The notes beneath the pieces are model-generated. The model was not told the origin of the DNA. It saw only the letters and a list, made by a program, of their open reading frames with translations, and made no database searches. The translations under genes were made by a program, and so were the position numbers. Positions 22,696 to 24,000 of a stretch of 24,000 nt of DNA are shown here, piece after piece; positions within the stretch are counted from its first letter, which is position 1, and each line of letters begins with the position of its first letter. Location: contig CAMBTZ010000001.1 in assembly GCA_945870925.1 (NCBI GenBank), positions 6,448-30,447 on the forward strand, read 5' to 3'. The DNA is from Chlamydia trachomatis (lineage in GTDB: Bacteria > Chlamydiota > Chlamydiia > Chlamydiales > 2-12-FULL-49-11).

Positions 22696-24000
22696 ATGAG
22701 ACTTAAAAGAATTTTAATTCTTACCCTTACGGCGGGCGGAGGTCATATTCAGGCTGCAAAAGCCAAATATATAGAGACTCTAGCCGCCCACCCTGATGCA
22801 ACCATCTTGGAACGAGATATTTTATTTGATTGGATTTGGAAATATTTCGGTCTTTTTGCAAAACATCTTTGGGGCGATGCGCAGGCAAAAGGGAATATAT
22901 TTCTCCTTGTCTGCCTAGCCTTTGCATTAAAATTAGCCGATTATCTTTGTTGGATTCCCTTTTTCTTAAACGCTCTTTCAACATGTCAAAAATTTAAAAT
23001 TGATAAAATTATTGATACTCAGCCTCTTGGCACTTCAGCGATTATCAAAGCTCTCAGAATAATTAAATGGCGCACAGGAAAAGTAATTGAATATGAAAAA
23101 ATAATCACTGATCTTCCCACAGAAGAAGCTAAACACTTTTTCGGAGGAATTAAATCTCTATCTGTAAAAGACAGACCCTTTATCAAAGTTCTTACAACAA
23201 GACCTATTCTTAAAACAGGAGAGACTGAAGAGCAGTTCTGGATAGCTCATTGTAATCTTCCATTATCATCCATTCTTTATGCACCACTTCCCCTTAGACC
23301 CGCATTTTTCCAATTTGGAATGGAAGCAAACTCAAATCCAATGACTGAAGAACTAGTTCTTGATATTTCAATTGCTTCTCCGGAAGATCTACATCTTACA
23401 TATAAAACACTATCCTACGGATCTCTGGATGCTAAAAGGACAAAAAACCATATTTCAATACCAATTCAACCAGACGATAAGGTTGCACTAATGATGCTCG
23501 GTGCAAATCCTAATCCAAAAGCAGTTCTTTCCTACACAAACAATTTTATTCGAATTCTACAAAAAAAGCAGTATTCCTATCGTAAAGATATTTTCTTCAT
23601 CTTTTGCAGCAGTCAAGTCTCAATTAGACCCAATCTAAGACAGCAGATTCTTTCCTTAATTCAAAAGACAAAAAACTATCCTGTAGGCCTAACAATTATC
23701 CCAATATCGCATCAAAACGATCTAATTGTCGCTCCCCTTCTTCATAGAAGCGATGCAACACTCACAAGATCCGGCGGCCTAACCTCTATGGAATTACTCT
23801 CAGTAGCCCATGGAAAAATTTGGATACATAAAGAGCCTGCCCCTCAAACTCTTCCTAAATTTATCCCAAGAACACACACTTTTAGCGAAGGCATGCCACC
23901 GTGGGAAAGAGGAAATGCACGTTACCTGGAACTTAAGAAAGGGGCCCGAATCATCACCCCAGACACTTTTGAAGAGGTCTCCAAAGACCACTTTCTTGCT
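22696..24000 (+). CDS. GT-B glycosyltransferase of the MurG / MGDG-synthase (GT28-like) type; the 3' end lies beyond the window
   Basis: This ORF is not in the supplied track because it has no stop. I translated 435 codons by hand with no stop: MRLKRILILTLTAGGGHIQAAKA... (glycine-rich N-terminal loop as in MGDG synthase/UgtP), ...HRSDATLTRSGGLTSMELL... and ...PPWERGNARYL... (like the K-x-G-x-x-T-x-x-E and GQE-x-x-N motifs). Confidence 0.55.
   Translation, partial: MRLKRILILTLTAGGGHIQAAKAKYIETLAAHPDATILERDILFDWIWKYFGLFAKHLWGDAQAKGNIFLLVCLAFALKLADYLCWIPFFLNALSTCQKFKIDKIIDTQPLGTSAIIKALRIIKWRTGKVIEYEKIITDLPTEEAKHFFGGIKSLSVKDRPFIKVLTTRPILKTGETEEQFWIAHCNLPLSSILYAPLPLRPAFFQFGMEANSNPMTEELVLDISIASPEDLHLTYKTLSYGSLDAKRTKNHISIPIQPDDKVALMMLGANPNPKAVLSYTNNFIRILQKKQYSYRKDIFFIFCSSQVSIRPNLRQQILSLIQKTKNYPVGLTIIPISHQNDLIVAPLLHRSDATLTRSGGLTSMELLSVAHGKIWIHKEPAPQTLPKFIPRTHTFSEGMPPWERGNARYLELKKGARIITPDTFEEVSKDHFLA

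Noticed and set aside
22727-23991. Minus-strand ORFs 22727..22984 and 23800..23991
   Set aside because: They are antisense to the 435-codon open glycosyltransferase frame, which carries recognisable GT-B motifs.
1-24000. CRISPR arrays, tRNA or rRNA genes, transposases, integrases, phage genes
   Set aside because: Reading the intergenic regions and the ORF list, I saw no spaced direct repeats, no cloverleaf-compatible or rRNA-like sequence, and no recombinase-like ORF. The only repeats found are the two hairpin elements and short in-gene tandem codon repeats (EKP x3 around 3718-3747 and KPxYx x3 at 21246-21290).

Overview
The window is mostly housekeeping chromosome from an AT-rich obligate-intracellular bacterium, most likely an environmental member of the Chlamydiae. 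The pointers are an NTT/TLC-type ATP/ADP translocase, pseudopilin-like genes, murA a few kb from argS, and no rRNA, tRNA or CRISPR that I could see. Recognisable genes are a 5'-truncated OPT transporter, a PAS sensor histidine kinase, an ATP-grasp-like protein, murA, an epmB/kamA-type radical-SAM aminomutase, a minus-strand operon (hypothetical, tsaE, DEDDh exonuclease), and a long plus-strand run: argS, pgk, ntt, dedA, a pgsA-like gene, sppA, polA, coaE, rho. A GT-B glycosyltransferase ORF (22696 to window end) is missing from the ORF track because it has no stop in the window. The unusual material is in the first 8 kb. (1) Two 65-bp perfect-hairpin elements, 64/65 identical and in the same orientation, bracket the kinase/ATP-grasp pair; one of them encodes the last nine codons and the stop of a gene. 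(2) Several genes switch sharply to C-ending codons at their 3' ends, giving very C-rich, G-poor stretches that look like Rho-loading (rut) RNA or recombination patches. (3) A low-GC stretch carries a 493-codon Cys/Asn-rich orphan ORF broken only by one in-frame TAG, next to a GNAT-like gene and two non-canonical pseudopilin-like genes. Smaller oddities are tsaE with no canonical start codon (TAATT where the next junction has TAATG), a Rho N-terminal extension with three KPxYx repeats, MurA keeping the fosfomycin-target cysteine, and convergent genes with 0-5 nt between stops. All functions are inferred by eye from motifs; no database search was possible.
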